32,000 bases of DNA from Cylindrospermopsis raciborskii Cr2010 (GTDB lineage: Bacteria > Cyanobacteriota > Cyanobacteriia > Cyanobacteriales > Nostocaceae). The first letter of the stretch is position 1; the number at the start of each line of letters is the position of its first letter. Positions 7,434-16,335 of this stretch are shown here, in pieces. The notes under the pieces are model-generated. The model saw nothing but the letters and a program-made list of their open reading frames with translations, was not told the DNA's origin and ran no database searches. Location of the stretch: assembly GCF_003367075.2 (NCBI RefSeq), contig NZ_CP065936.1, positions 3,480,001 to 3,512,000 on the forward strand. The letters run 5' to 3'. Both the position numbers and the translations under genes were made by a program.

Positions 7434-7925
7434 ATGCTTAGTAAAATTTTGGTGGGGTTAGACCTTTCTAGCATAGGTGAGGAAGTATTTCAACAAGCAC
7501 TCAACTTAGCAAAATTGACATCGGCTGAGTTAATGCTAATACATGTCCTATCACCAGAGGAAGATGGCATTCCGGATACCATGATGTTTTCTCAGATTGA
7601 TTACTATCCAGCTTGGACTGATGAAAGCATGGGAATTTATTTGAAGAAATTGGAAGCCTATAAAGAAGAAGGTTTGGAAATGTTGCAAGGTTTTTGTGCG
7701 CGGGCAAATACAGAAAACATTAAAACCGAGTTTTCCCAGAATGTGGGAAATCCAGGTAAGGTGATTTGTCAAGTCGCTGGGGCGTGGGGTGCGGATTTAA
7801 TCATCATTGGGAGACGAGGAGTTTCTAAAATCACTGAGTTTTTTATGGGTAGTGTAAGTAATTATGTGTTGCACCATGCACCCTGTTCTGTACATATTGT
7901 CCACCATCCTGATAAGAAATCATGA
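7434..7925 (+). CDS. Universal stress protein (UspA family), first gene of the hox operon
   Basis: 163 aa. KILVGLDLS ... LMLIHVL ... GNPGKVICQVA..WGADLIIIGRRG ... GSVSNYVLHHAPCSV is the canonical USP/ATP-binding pattern (G-2x-G-9x-GS). AAGGAG lies 6 nt upstream. Its stop overlaps the hoxE ATG (ATGA at 7922-7925). Confidence 0.9.
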   Translation: MLSKILVGLDLSSIGEEVFQQALNLAKLTSAELMLIHVLSPEEDGIPDTMMFSQIDYYPAWTDESMGIYLKKLEAYKEEGLEMLQGFCARANTENIKTEFSQNVGNPGKVICQVAGAWGADLIIIGRRGVSKITEFFMGSVSNYVLHHAPCSVHIVHHPDKKS

Positions 7926-8434
7926 AAACCACAGTTCCAGTTCGCGTCAATCATGTTGAGCGTGGGGACAAACGTTTGAGAATGTTGGATACAGCCATCA
8001 AACGCTGTCAATATCAACAGGATGCACTGATTGAAATTCTCCATCGAGCAACGGAATTATTTGGGTATTTAGAATTAGATTTACTGCTGTATATCGCCCG
8101 TGAGTTAAAATTGCCACCTAGTCGGGTATATGGAGTAGCAACATTTTACCATTTATTTTCCTTGGCACCAAAAGGTAAACATAATTGTGTAGTTTGTACA
8201 GGTACAGCTTGTTATGTGAAAGGTGCCCAAGGAATTTTAACCACCCTGGAAACATTCATCCAAATTAAAGCGGGAGATACCACACCAGACGGAGAAATTT
8301 CCTTGATGACTGCTAGATGTTTAGGTGCTTGTGGTATTGCACCAGCAGTGGTGTTTGACGGTGAGGTTTTAGGTAATCAAACTGCACAATCAGTCTGTAA
8401 AAAAGTGGGAGAATGGCAACATGGAACTACATGA
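7922..8434 (+). CDS. hoxE: Bidirectional [NiFe] hydrogenase diaphorase subunit HoxE (NuoE-like, 2Fe-2S)
   Basis: 170 aa. NuoE-type motif [13 protein letters not shown] ... [11 protein letters not shown], directly followed by hoxF. Confidence 0.9.
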   Translation: MKTTVPVRVNHVERGDKRLRMLDTAIKRCQYQQDALIEILHRATELFGYLELDLLLYIARELKLPPSRVYGVATFYHLFSLAPKGKHNCVVCTGTACYVKGAQGILTTLETFIQIKAGDTTPDGEISLMTARCLGACGIAPAVVFDGEVLGNQTAQSVCKKVGEWQHGTT

Positions 8435-10022
8435 ATTATTGGAGATTGCTAGGGCAGAAAATTCTCAGAAGAAACCTATACAAATTCGCTGTTGCACTGC
8501 TGCAGGTTGTTTGTCTTCTGGTTCCCAAGCAGTGAAGGAAAATTTATTGACATCGCTTAAAGCAGCAGGTTTGGAACAGCAGGTGGAAGTGGTAGGTGTG
8601 GGTTGCATGCGCCTTTGTTGTCAGGGTCCTTTAGTGGAGATAGATGAGAATAAAAGTCATAAAATTAAACTTTATCAACAAGTAACGCCCCAGGATGCAC
8701 CAAAGGTAATTGATTCTATCAAGGGAAAAAACACCACTTTAAAACAGCAAGATTTACAACATCCGTTTTTTACTAAACAATTGCCCATTGTTTTAGAAAA
8801 TAGTGGTCGGGTAGATCCAGAAAGAATTCAATCTTATATTGCAGCTAATGGTTATCAAGCTCTCTACCAAGTGCTGCGAGAAATGAAACCCGCAGAAGTA
8901 GTGGAAGTTATTACTAAAAGTGGATTAAGGGGAAGAGGTGGTGCTGGATATCCCACGGGTTTAAAATGGGGAACGGTAGCAAAATCGCCAGGTGCAAAAA
9001 AATTCGTGATTTGTAATGCGGATGAGGGAGATCCAGGCGCATTCATGGATCGTAGTGTGTTAGAAAGTGATCCCCATCGAGTTTTAGAAGGAATGGCGAT
9101 CGCCGCTTATTCCATTGGTGCTAATCAAGGTTATATTTATGTGAGAGCGGAATACCCCATTGCGATTAAACGTCTGGAAACTGCCATTCGTCAAGCACAA
9201 AGGTTAGGGGTATTGGGAACAAATATTTTTGAATCACCTTTTGATTTTAAAATCGAAATTCGCATTGGTGCAGGTGCTTATGTTTGTGGTGAAGAAACCG
9301 CATTAATGGCTTCAATTGAAGGTAACCGTGGTGTTCCCCATCCTCGTCCTCCATACCCTGCTGAATCAGGTTTATGGGGTTACCCTACATTAATTAATAA
9401 CGTGGAAACCTTTGCTAATATTGCTCCTATTATCAGAAATGGGGCGGAATGGTTTGCTAATATTGGCACAGAGAAAAGTAAAGGGACAAAGGTTTTCGCC
9501 CTAGCAGGTAAAATCCGGAATACAGGTTTAATTGAGGTTCCCATGGGGACAACCCTAGGGGAAATTGTGGAACAAATGGGTGGTGGTATTCCTGATGGGG
9601 GTATGGCCAAAGCGGTACAAACAGGTGGACCATCGGGAGGATGTATACCAGCATCAGCATTTACCACACCCGTAGATTATGAATCCTTGTCTGCTTTGGG
9701 TTCTATGATGGGTTCTGGGGGAATGATTGTGATGGATCAAACTACTAATATGGTAGATGTGGCACGATTCTTTATGGAGTTTTGTATGGATGAGTCCTGT
9801 GGTAAATGTATTCCCTGTAGGGTGGGAACGGTGCAACTCCATGATTTATTAACCAAGATTAGTAAGGGAAAGGGAACACAAAATGATTTACATCTGTTGG
9901 AAGAATTATGCGATATGGTGAAACACACCAGTTTATGTGGGTTAGGTCAGTCTGCACCCAATCCTGTTTTTAGCACCCTGCGCTATTTCAAAGAAGAATA
10001 TTTAGCTCTAATTAAGCAATAG
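8421..10022 (+). CDS. hoxF: Bidirectional [NiFe] hydrogenase diaphorase subunit HoxF (NuoF-like; NAD(P)H, FMN, Fe-S)
   Basis: 533 aa. N-terminal thioredoxin-like Cys cluster. [16 protein letters not shown] (FMN). [11 protein letters not shown] (NADH). C-terminal [10 protein letters not shown] ... CGLG 4Fe-4S motif. Overlaps hoxE by 14 nt. Confidence 0.95.
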   Translation: MELHELLEIARAENSQKKPIQIRCCTAAGCLSSGSQAVKENLLTSLKAAGLEQQVEVVGVGCMRLCCQGPLVEIDENKSHKIKLYQQVTPQDAPKVIDSIKGKNTTLKQQDLQHPFFTKQLPIVLENSGRVDPERIQSYIAANGYQALYQVLREMKPAEVVEVITKSGLRGRGGAGYPTGLKWGTVAKSPGAKKFVICNADEGDPGAFMDRSVLESDPHRVLEGMAIAAYSIGANQGYIYVRAEYPIAIKRLETAIRQAQRLGVLGTNIFESPFDFKIEIRIGAGAYVCGEETALMASIEGNRGVPHPRPPYPAESGLWGYPTLINNVETFANIAPIIRNGAEWFANIGTEKSKGTKVFALAGKIRNTGLIEVPMGTTLGEIVEQMGGGIPDGGMAKAVQTGGPSGGCIPASAFTTPVDYESLSALGSMMGSGGMIVMDQTTNMVDVARFFMEFCMDESCGKCIPCRVGTVQLHDLLTKISKGKGTQNDLHLLEELCDMVKHTSLCGLGQSAPNPVFSTLRYFKEEYLALIKQ

Positions 10023-10047
10023 AAAACAAATCAATTATCAGACAATT

Positions 10048-10764
10048 ATGACAGTAAAGACTTTGACAATTGATGGGCAAATGGTCAGCGCTCACGAGCA
10101 TAATACCTTATTAGAAGCAGCACAGGAGTCAGGTATACATATTCCCACACTTTGTCATTTAGATGGTGTGGGAGATGTGGGTGCTTGTCGTCTATGTTTA
10201 GTAGAAATTGCTGGGATGAATAAACTTCTACCTGCTTGTGTGACCAAGGTTTCTGAGGGGATGGAAGTCACAACTAAAAGCGATCGCCTGCAAAGGTATA
10301 GAAGAACAATTATCGAAATGCTATTTGCAGAAGGGAATCACACCTGTTCTGTATGTGTGGCTAATGGTAATTGTGAATTACAGGATTTAGCCATAGAAAT
10401 GGGCATGGATCACGTGCGATTAGCTTATCAGTTCCCCCAGCGGAGTGTTGATACTTCCCATGAGAGATTTGGCATAGACCACAATCGTTGTGTTCTGTGT
10501 ACTCGCTGTGTGCGGGTATGTGATGAGATTGAAGGTGCCCACACTTGGGATATGGCGGGTAGGGGGTCAAAATCCCATGTGATTACGGATTTAAATCAAC
10601 CCTGGGGAACTTCTCTCACCTGTACTTCCTGTGGTAAATGTGTCAATGCTTGTCCCACTGGAGCTTTGTTTACTAAGGGTGTAAGTGTGGAAGAAATGAA
10701 ACATGATCGAGGTAAAATAGAATTCTTGGTCACAGCGCGAGAGAAACAACAGTGGAACTTTTAG
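10048..10764 (+). CDS. hoxU: Bidirectional [NiFe] hydrogenase diaphorase subunit HoxU (NuoG N-terminal-like Fe-S protein)
   Basis: 238 aa. 2Fe-2S pattern C..(x)..CRLC ... C. HxxxC..C cluster ([13 protein letters not shown]). Ferredoxin-like [11 protein letters not shown] and [12 protein letters not shown]. Confidence 0.95.
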   Translation: MTVKTLTIDGQMVSAHEHNTLLEAAQESGIHIPTLCHLDGVGDVGACRLCLVEIAGMNKLLPACVTKVSEGMEVTTKSDRLQRYRRTIIEMLFAEGNHTCSVCVANGNCELQDLAIEMGMDHVRLAYQFPQRSVDTSHERFGIDHNRCVLCTRCVRVCDEIEGAHTWDMAGRGSKSHVITDLNQPWGTSLTCTSCGKCVNACPTGALFTKGVSVEEMKHDRGKIEFLVTAREKQQWNF

Positions 10765-10798
10765 TGGTTAGCATCTTACATATCATCAATTAAACATT

Positions 10799-11344
10799 AT
10801 GGACAAAATCAAATTAGCAACCGTATGGTTAGGTGGATGTTCTGGATGTCACATGTCATTTTTAGACCTAGATGAATGGTTAATAGATTTAGCCACTCAG
10901 GTAGATGTAGTTTATAGCCCTATTGCTGATATTAAAGAATATCCAGAAGGGGTGGATGTGGTATTAGTAGAAGGAGCGATCGCCAATGAAGAACATTTGG
11001 AGATAATCCACAAAATTAGACAGAGGACAAAAACCATTATTTCCTTTGGAGACTGCGCAGTTACAGGTAATGTGACCGCCATGCGCAATCTAACAGGGAC
11101 TGCCAATGTAAGTTTACAATTAGCCTATATAGAAGGAGCAGATGTAAATCAAAAGATTCCCCACTCACCAGGAATTGTACCACCTTTAATTGATCGAGTT
11201 GTTCCAGTTCATAACATAGTTGATGTTGATATTTATTTACCAGGTTGTCCACCTTCAGCTACAAGAATCAAAGCAGCACTAGAACCATTATTAAGAGGAG
11301 AAACACCCCCCATGGTAGGGAGAGAAATGATTAAATTTGGATAA
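10799..11344 (+). CDS. hoxY: Bidirectional [NiFe] hydrogenase small subunit HoxY
   Basis: 181 aa. LGGCSGCHMSFLD ... FGDCA ... LPGCPP are the proximal 4Fe-4S ligands of group 3d small subunits. Confidence 0.95.
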   Translation: MDKIKLATVWLGGCSGCHMSFLDLDEWLIDLATQVDVVYSPIADIKEYPEGVDVVLVEGAIANEEHLEIIHKIRQRTKTIISFGDCAVTGNVTAMRNLTGTANVSLQLAYIEGADVNQKIPHSPGIVPPLIDRVVPVHNIVDVDIYLPGCPPSATRIKAALEPLLRGETPPMVGREMIKFG

Positions 11345-11388
11345 CCTAAATAAATCGAGATGAATCAACCTAACTCAGGAGGTAGAGA

Positions 11389-12003
11389 ATGTTAAAAGCA
11401 GCAGATGTCATGACCAAAGATGTGGCGACAATTCGCAGTTCTGCTACCGTAAAAGAAGCTGTTGATTTAATGAAAGCTAGAGATTGGCGAGCATTAATAG
11501 TGGATCGTCGTCATGGACAAGACGCTTACGGAATAGTCACGGAAAGCGACATAATTTATAAAGTTATAGCTTATGGCAAAGAAACAAATAAAGTCCGTGT
11601 TTATGAAATAATGACTAAACCTTGTATAGTGGTTAATCCAGAACTGGGTTTAGAATATGTAGCCAAATTATTTGCTCAATATAATCTCCACCATGCTCCA
11701 GTGATTAGTGGTGAATTAATGGGAATAATCTCATTGACAGATATTTTGGTAGGAAGTGTTACCCTAGAAAAACCCCATACAATTCTTTTGGAACAGCAAT
11801 TACAAGATGAAATCAGAAAAGCGCGAATTGTTTGTAGTAATAAAGGTATTAACTCACCCGAATGTGCAGCTGCTTGGGATGTAATAGAGGAAATGCAAGC
11901 TGAAATTGCCCATCAAAGGGTTGAGAAACCTGCAAAAACAGCATTTGAAGAATTTTGTGGTGAGTTTCCAGAGTTTCCAGAAAGTAGAATGTACGATTTA
12001 TAA
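11389..12003 (+). CDS. CBS-CP12 fusion protein (CBS pair aa 1-125 fused to a CP12 domain aa ~133-204)
   Basis: 204 aa with AGGAGG 6 nt upstream. Two CBS repeats (VMTKDVATI ... [11 protein letters not shown]; IMTKPCIVV ... GIISLTDIL). The C-terminal part carries the CP12 signature C149[10 protein letters not shown]159[18 protein letters not shown] and FC190GEFPEFPES199RMYDL. Confidence 0.9.
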   Translation: MLKAADVMTKDVATIRSSATVKEAVDLMKARDWRALIVDRRHGQDAYGIVTESDIIYKVIAYGKETNKVRVYEIMTKPCIVVNPELGLEYVAKLFAQYNLHHAPVISGELMGIISLTDILVGSVTLEKPHTILLEQQLQDEIRKARIVCSNKGINSPECAAAWDVIEEMQAEIAHQRVEKPAKTAFEEFCGEFPEFPESRMYDL

Positions 12004-12025
12004 AACCAGGTTGCCAAAAAAAATC

Positions 12026-13474
12026 ATGAAAAAAATAGTTATTGATCCTGTTACCCGCATTGAAGGACACGCCAAAATTAGTATTTATCTCGACGATGAA
12101 GGTCATGTAGATGATGCACGGTTTCACGTAACAGAATTTCGCGGATTTGAAAAGTTTTGTGTTGGTCGTCCTTTTCCAGAAATGCCAGGAATTACAGCTA
12201 GAATTTGTGGAATTTGTCCCGTAAGTCATTTATTAGCATCGGCAAAAACGGGGGATAAAATCTTGTCTGTCACTATTCCGGAAGTGGCAACAAAATTACG
12301 TCGTCTCATGAATCTAGGACAAATAATTCAATCCCACGCATTGAGTTTCTTTCACCTCAGTGCCCCAGATTTATTATTAGGTATGGATAGTGAACCAGCC
12401 AAACGAAATATTTTTGGTTTAATTGGCACCGATCCCGAATTAGCTAGGGGTGGAATTCGATTACGACAATTTGGACAAGAAATTATTGAATTATTAGGGG
12501 GCAAAAAAATCCATCCCGCTTGGGCCGTCCCTGGTGGTGTTAGTGACCCTCTCACATCGGAAAATCGTACCCACATACAAAACCGCATTCCCGAAGCTAA
12601 AGCTACGGTTCTTAATGCTATAGGGTTATTTAAAAACTTGCTAGACAACTATCAAAAAGAAGCCCAAACCTTTGGCAATTTTCCCAGTTTATTTATGGGA
12701 TTAGTAACTGCTCAAGGTTTGTGGGAGACCTACGATGGTCATTTACGTTTTGTAGACAGTGGGGGAAATATTGTTGCTGATAAATTAGACGTGGATAATT
12801 ATCATGAATTTATCGGTGAAGCAGTGCAAGAAGACTCCTATTTGAAATCTCCCTATTATCGTCCTTTAGGTTATCCCGATGGCAAAGATCATTGTCGTTT
12901 AGATAGTGGAATGTATCGGGTTGGACCTCTAGCTAGATTGAATATTTGTAGTCAAATTGGCACTCCATTAGCAGATCAGGAACTACGGGAATTTCGCAGT
13001 TATGGTAGTGGAACTGTGAAATCTTCTTTCTTTTATCATTATGCGCGGTTAATTGAAATTTTGGCTTCTATTGAACACATAGAAATTTTATTGGATGACC
13101 CTGATATTTTGTCAACCCGTCTGCGAGCTGCTGCTGGAATTAACCGATTGGAAGCAGTGGGGGTAAGTGAAGCACCAAGGGGAACCTTATTCCATCATTA
13201 TCGTATTGATGAAAATGGTTTAATGCAGAAGGTGAATTTGATTATTGCTACTGGTCAAAATAATCTGGCAATGAACCGTACAGTTGCTCAAATTGCTCGT
13301 CATTTTATCCAGGGTAGTCAAGTTCAAGAGGGAATGTTAAACCGGGTCGAAGCTGGTATCAGGGCATTTGACCCCTGTTTAAGTTGTTCTACTCACGCTT
13401 TTGGAAAAATGCCTTTAGTCATAGACTTAGTAGATAGAAATGGTAATGTGGTCAATCAAGTTTGTCGTAATTAG
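12026..13474 (+). CDS. hoxH: Bidirectional [NiFe] hydrogenase large subunit HoxH
   Basis: The track ORF starts at 11906 but that stretch overlaps the CBS-CP12 gene. ATG 12026 gives [15 protein letters not shown], the canonical large-subunit N-terminus. [10 protein letters not shown] (N-terminal Ni ligands) and DPCLSCSTH (C-terminal ligands) are present, plus a 25-residue extension of the kind removed by the maturation protease. Confidence 0.95.
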   Translation: MKKIVIDPVTRIEGHAKISIYLDDEGHVDDARFHVTEFRGFEKFCVGRPFPEMPGITARICGICPVSHLLASAKTGDKILSVTIPEVATKLRRLMNLGQIIQSHALSFFHLSAPDLLLGMDSEPAKRNIFGLIGTDPELARGGIRLRQFGQEIIELLGGKKIHPAWAVPGGVSDPLTSENRTHIQNRIPEAKATVLNAIGLFKNLLDNYQKEAQTFGNFPSLFMGLVTAQGLWETYDGHLRFVDSGGNIVADKLDVDNYHEFIGEAVQEDSYLKSPYYRPLGYPDGKDHCRLDSGMYRVGPLARLNICSQIGTPLADQELREFRSYGSGTVKSSFFYHYARLIEILASIEHIEILLDDPDILSTRLRAAAGINRLEAVGVSEAPRGTLFHHYRIDENGLMQKVNLIIATGQNNLAMNRTVAQIARHFIQGSQVQEGMLNRVEAGIRAFDPCLSCSTHAFGKMPLVIDLVDRNGNVVNQVCRN

Positions 13475-13499
13475 ATTTGGTTGTAGCACCAAATCTTTT
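13473..13499 (+). terminator. Candidate intrinsic terminator of the hox operon
   Basis: Stem gatttggt (13474-13481) / accaaatc (13488-13495), 6-nt loop, followed by TTTT (13496-13499). It starts at the hoxH stop codon. The stem is AT-rich, so strength is modest. Confidence 0.45.
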
Positions 13500-13547
13500 G
13501 TGGTAGTATGGGAGCATTACACATACTTTTGGCTATGATCAAGTTCC

Positions 13548-14138
13548 ATGACAAAAAGGTTAATTGGTTTAACAGGAGGCATTGCTACGGGCAAAAGTAC
13601 CGTGGCTAATTATTTAGCAAGTGTATACGGGTTACCCATTTTAGATGCAGATATTTACGCCAGAGATGCAGTGTCCGAGAGTTCGGTCATTCTTAGTCAG
13701 ATTACTCAACGTTATGGCAAAGAAATTTTGCTTACAGATGGTAATTTAAATCGGAAAAAATTGGCAGAAATTATTTTTAATCAATCCCCTGAACGCTCCT
13801 GGGTGGAAAATTTGATTCATCCTTATGTCAGGAATTGTTTTTTAAAAACTATTGAGGAGTCACCGCATGACACCTTAGTTTTGGTGATTCCCCTTTTATT
13901 TGAAGCGGGTTTAGAGAATCTAGTTAATGAAATTTGGGTTGTTTATTGTCAAGGTGAAATACAAAAACAACGACTAATGAGTCGCAATGATTTAACGGAA
14001 GTACAAGCAATGGCAAGAATTAACAGTCAATTACCATTAGAGGAGAAAGTTGCTCGTGCGGATGTTGTTTTAGATAATTCTTCTGATCTAGAATCTCTGT
14101 TGCGCCAAGTGGATCTGAGCATAGCTAGGTTCCACTAA
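13548..14138 (+). CDS. coaE: Dephospho-CoA kinase
   Basis: 196 aa. IGLTGGIATGKST P-loop at the N-terminus, LDADIYARD and typical CoaE length. Confidence 0.9.
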   Translation: MTKRLIGLTGGIATGKSTVANYLASVYGLPILDADIYARDAVSESSVILSQITQRYGKEILLTDGNLNRKKLAEIIFNQSPERSWVENLIHPYVRNCFLKTIEESPHDTLVLVIPLLFEAGLENLVNEIWVVYCQGEIQKQRLMSRNDLTEVQAMARINSQLPLEEKVARADVVLDNSSDLESLLRQVDLSIARFH

Positions 14139-16147
14139 ACTTGAGCTAAAACGAATGCAAATGCTGGAAGTTGTAGACTAATTTCTCCTGGTACTATTTG
14201 GATTGACCCACCAGATGTTCCAAATAGTATATTAGGTTCGGGAAAATCACCATGATCATTAGGAGCTTTAAAAGAATGGTTATATATATCTCTAGATCCC
14301 ATATTCATAGCAGCTAGAAGACTGTATTTCTCAAGGGGATGGTGAATAAGTAAGCATAATACACTGTGATTTTCATATAATAAGGTGCGTGTGCCATTTA
14401 TAATCAATTTGTATTGCCAGCGAATGTGGGCAAGTTTTTGAATTAGTAAAAAGGTGGGGTGGTTTCTATTGTAAGGTTGAAAGGTCTTGCGGTTGATTAC
14501 CCCAAATTTCCAAGTGCAACTGGGATTATCAAACATATCTTCCCGCACATAACAATCATGACCAACATAACTTGATTTTTCTTCATCATGAAATAAGCCT
14601 AATGCACCGTCAAACTCTTGCTCTGTTCCTTGGTAAATAAAGGGTATTTGTGGACCTAATATTAAACAAGCTAGAGCAAAATGTAGGCGAATACGTGCTT
14701 GATCCCGGCTATGAGTGCGATTTAAAAACTCATGGAAAACTCTATTTGTGTCCTGATTTTCTAAGAACATAATATTATTTTGCCAACCTGCATAGTAGGA
14801 ATATGATGGCTGCAGAAAACCACAAAAATAGTCTGTGAGACCAGAAAGCCAATTACCATCTCCAAAAGACTGCTTAACATCATAGTAAGTGGGATAGTCA
14901 ATCAAACCAGAGAACTTGGCTGGGTTGTACTCTAGTACTTGTTCGTGGGTACTACCTGCATGCTCAGCTATTTGCACAAATTCCTTTTTTCCTAGGATGT
15001 GGGCATATCTTGATATTTCTTCTACGCAAGGTTGCCAAAAATCTAAACCAATGTGACGCGCAGCATCATAGCGGAAGCCATCAATATCCGTCTCAGCAAT
15101 CCAGTATTTTAAATGTTGTAGTAGTAATTCGCGAACATAATTTGTCTCCGTACGCCAGTCTTCTAAAAAACCGAATAGTCTTTGGTTAACCATATCAGTA
15201 TATTCTGGTCCATGAAAGAGTGAGGTATTCCTTGCTTCCACGGGAAAAGGCATAACCGTCAACTCATCACCCTGTATATATTTAAATTCTCCTCCTGGTG
15301 GACCACCGTATTCTGGCCAATTGATGCTGTCAGCGATGTGATTATTAACTACATCTAAAATAACGGCAATATTTAATTCATGGGCTTTTTTAACCATTTG
15401 ACGTAAACATTGAAGTGTACCTAAACGGGGATCAACCATTAATAGATGAATAGGATGATAACCATGGTAACCATCAGGAGCATTGACATATATGGGACTA
15501 ATAATAATTACTCCTACACCTAGGGATTTTAAGTATTCTAGATGCTCAGTTATACCTTTTATTGTACCACCATGACTAGAATGGGGACAGGAAAGATCGT
15601 ATTTTACTAAACTTAAAGGACTACGAACTATATGTTTGCTACGGGCAAATCTGTCAATTAGTATAGAATAGAACAAGCGAGAACTCCAGTCCTTGGGACT
15701 AGGTGTCATGGATATGGATGGTTGTGGTCCGTAAACATGGTGATTATTCAGCAGTCCCAAAAATACAGATGAAATTTCTGTTAGGGAGCGGGGTGCTTCA
15801 TCGCAAACTAACAAAATTTGCGATCTTTTACTACTATGCTCCTTACCATCAGTATCTATATAACCCAGTCTATACTTACATCCCCCACCATTACCAAGGG
15901 GTGGAAGGGTAACTGAAAACATCTGGAAGCCATTTTCAGTTAAACCTTCTGTTTTTGCTATTATCCGGTCTAAATCAGAATATCCCTGACCATCATTTAA
16001 CTCACACACCACCTGTCCCAGCTCTGGATGTTTAGATAGGTGAACACCAAATCTAATGCGGATTTTTTCTTTTGTTCTAAATACCCAATTATAGGGTGCA
16101 ATATCTGGATCTAAGTGTACTTCACAGTACTCATCAAAATAACGCAT
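14135..16147 (-). CDS. GH13 (alpha-amylase family) glycoside hydrolase with ~170-aa N-terminal extension
   Basis: 670 aa. GH13 conserved regions: I ILDVVNNH; II DGFRYDAARH (nucleophile Asp); III IAEH (acid/base Glu); IV FLENQD. Also GGTIKGITEHLEYLKSLGVGVIIISP. Substrate specificity not assignable by eye. Confidence 0.85.
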   Translation of the reverse strand: MRYFDEYCEVHLDPDIAPYNWVFRTKEKIRIRFGVHLSKHPELGQVVCELNDGQGYSDLDRIIAKTEGLTENGFQMFSVTLPPLGNGGGCKYRLGYIDTDGKEHSSKRSQILLVCDEAPRSLTEISSVFLGLLNNHHVYGPQPSISMTPSPKDWSSRLFYSILIDRFARSKHIVRSPLSLVKYDLSCPHSSHGGTIKGITEHLEYLKSLGVGVIIISPIYVNAPDGYHGYHPIHLLMVDPRLGTLQCLRQMVKKAHELNIAVILDVVNNHIADSINWPEYGGPPGGEFKYIQGDELTVMPFPVEARNTSLFHGPEYTDMVNQRLFGFLEDWRTETNYVRELLLQHLKYWIAETDIDGFRYDAARHIGLDFWQPCVEEISRYAHILGKKEFVQIAEHAGSTHEQVLEYNPAKFSGLIDYPTYYDVKQSFGDGNWLSGLTDYFCGFLQPSYSYYAGWQNNIMFLENQDTNRVFHEFLNRTHSRDQARIRLHFALACLILGPQIPFIYQGTEQEFDGALGLFHDEEKSSYVGHDCYVREDMFDNPSCTWKFGVINRKTFQPYNRNHPTFLLIQKLAHIRWQYKLIINGTRTLLYENHSVLCLLIHHPLEKYSLLAAMNMGSRDIYNHSFKAPNDHGDFPEPNILFGTSGGSIQIVPGEISLQLPAFAFVLAQV

Positions 16148-16177
16148 AATTTAGACTAGGTTAGAGGTACTAAAATC

Positions 16178-16204
16178 ATTATAGAGGGTGTTTGAACTGA
16201 TCAA
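16178..16204 (-). promoter_or_regulatory. Candidate sigma70-type promoter for the GH13 gene
   Basis: On the minus strand, exact TATAAT (16183-16178) lies 30 nt upstream of ATG 16147. TTGATC (16204-16199) sits at 15-nt spacing, which is suboptimal. Sequence match only. Confidence 0.25.
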
Positions 16205-16335
16205 TAGAGGATGATTTAGCCATACCATGCTGATAGCTAGGATCATCATAATCCCAACAGGTTACTAATTCAATTAGGGTAATTTTATTGCTACCATAAA
16301 CTTTGTTTTTGAGACCTTTAAGATTTTTAGGTTTT

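Noticed and set aside
11906-12025. N-terminal 40 codons of the track ORF 11906-13474 ([10 protein letters not shown]...)
   Set aside because: It overlaps the 3' end of the CBS-CP12 gene in another frame and has no hydrogenase similarity. ATG 12026 gives the canonical [15 protein letters not shown] start.
7501-12648. Minus-strand ORFs inside usp/hox (7501-7707, 7551-7772, 7862-8044, 8864-9046, 9380-9667, 9457-9660, 9654-9842, 9737-9928, 10361-10570, 10912-11106, 11061-11252, 11849-12229, 12352-12648)
   Set aside because: All are antisense to genes with unmistakable motifs. Their translations are proline/serine/histidine-rich shadow frames typical of antisense reading.
13475-13547. tRNA or small RNA gene between hoxH and coaE
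   Set aside because: The 73-nt spacer contains only the terminator-like hairpin. No cloverleaf-compatible arms or conserved T-loop (GTTCRA) were seen.
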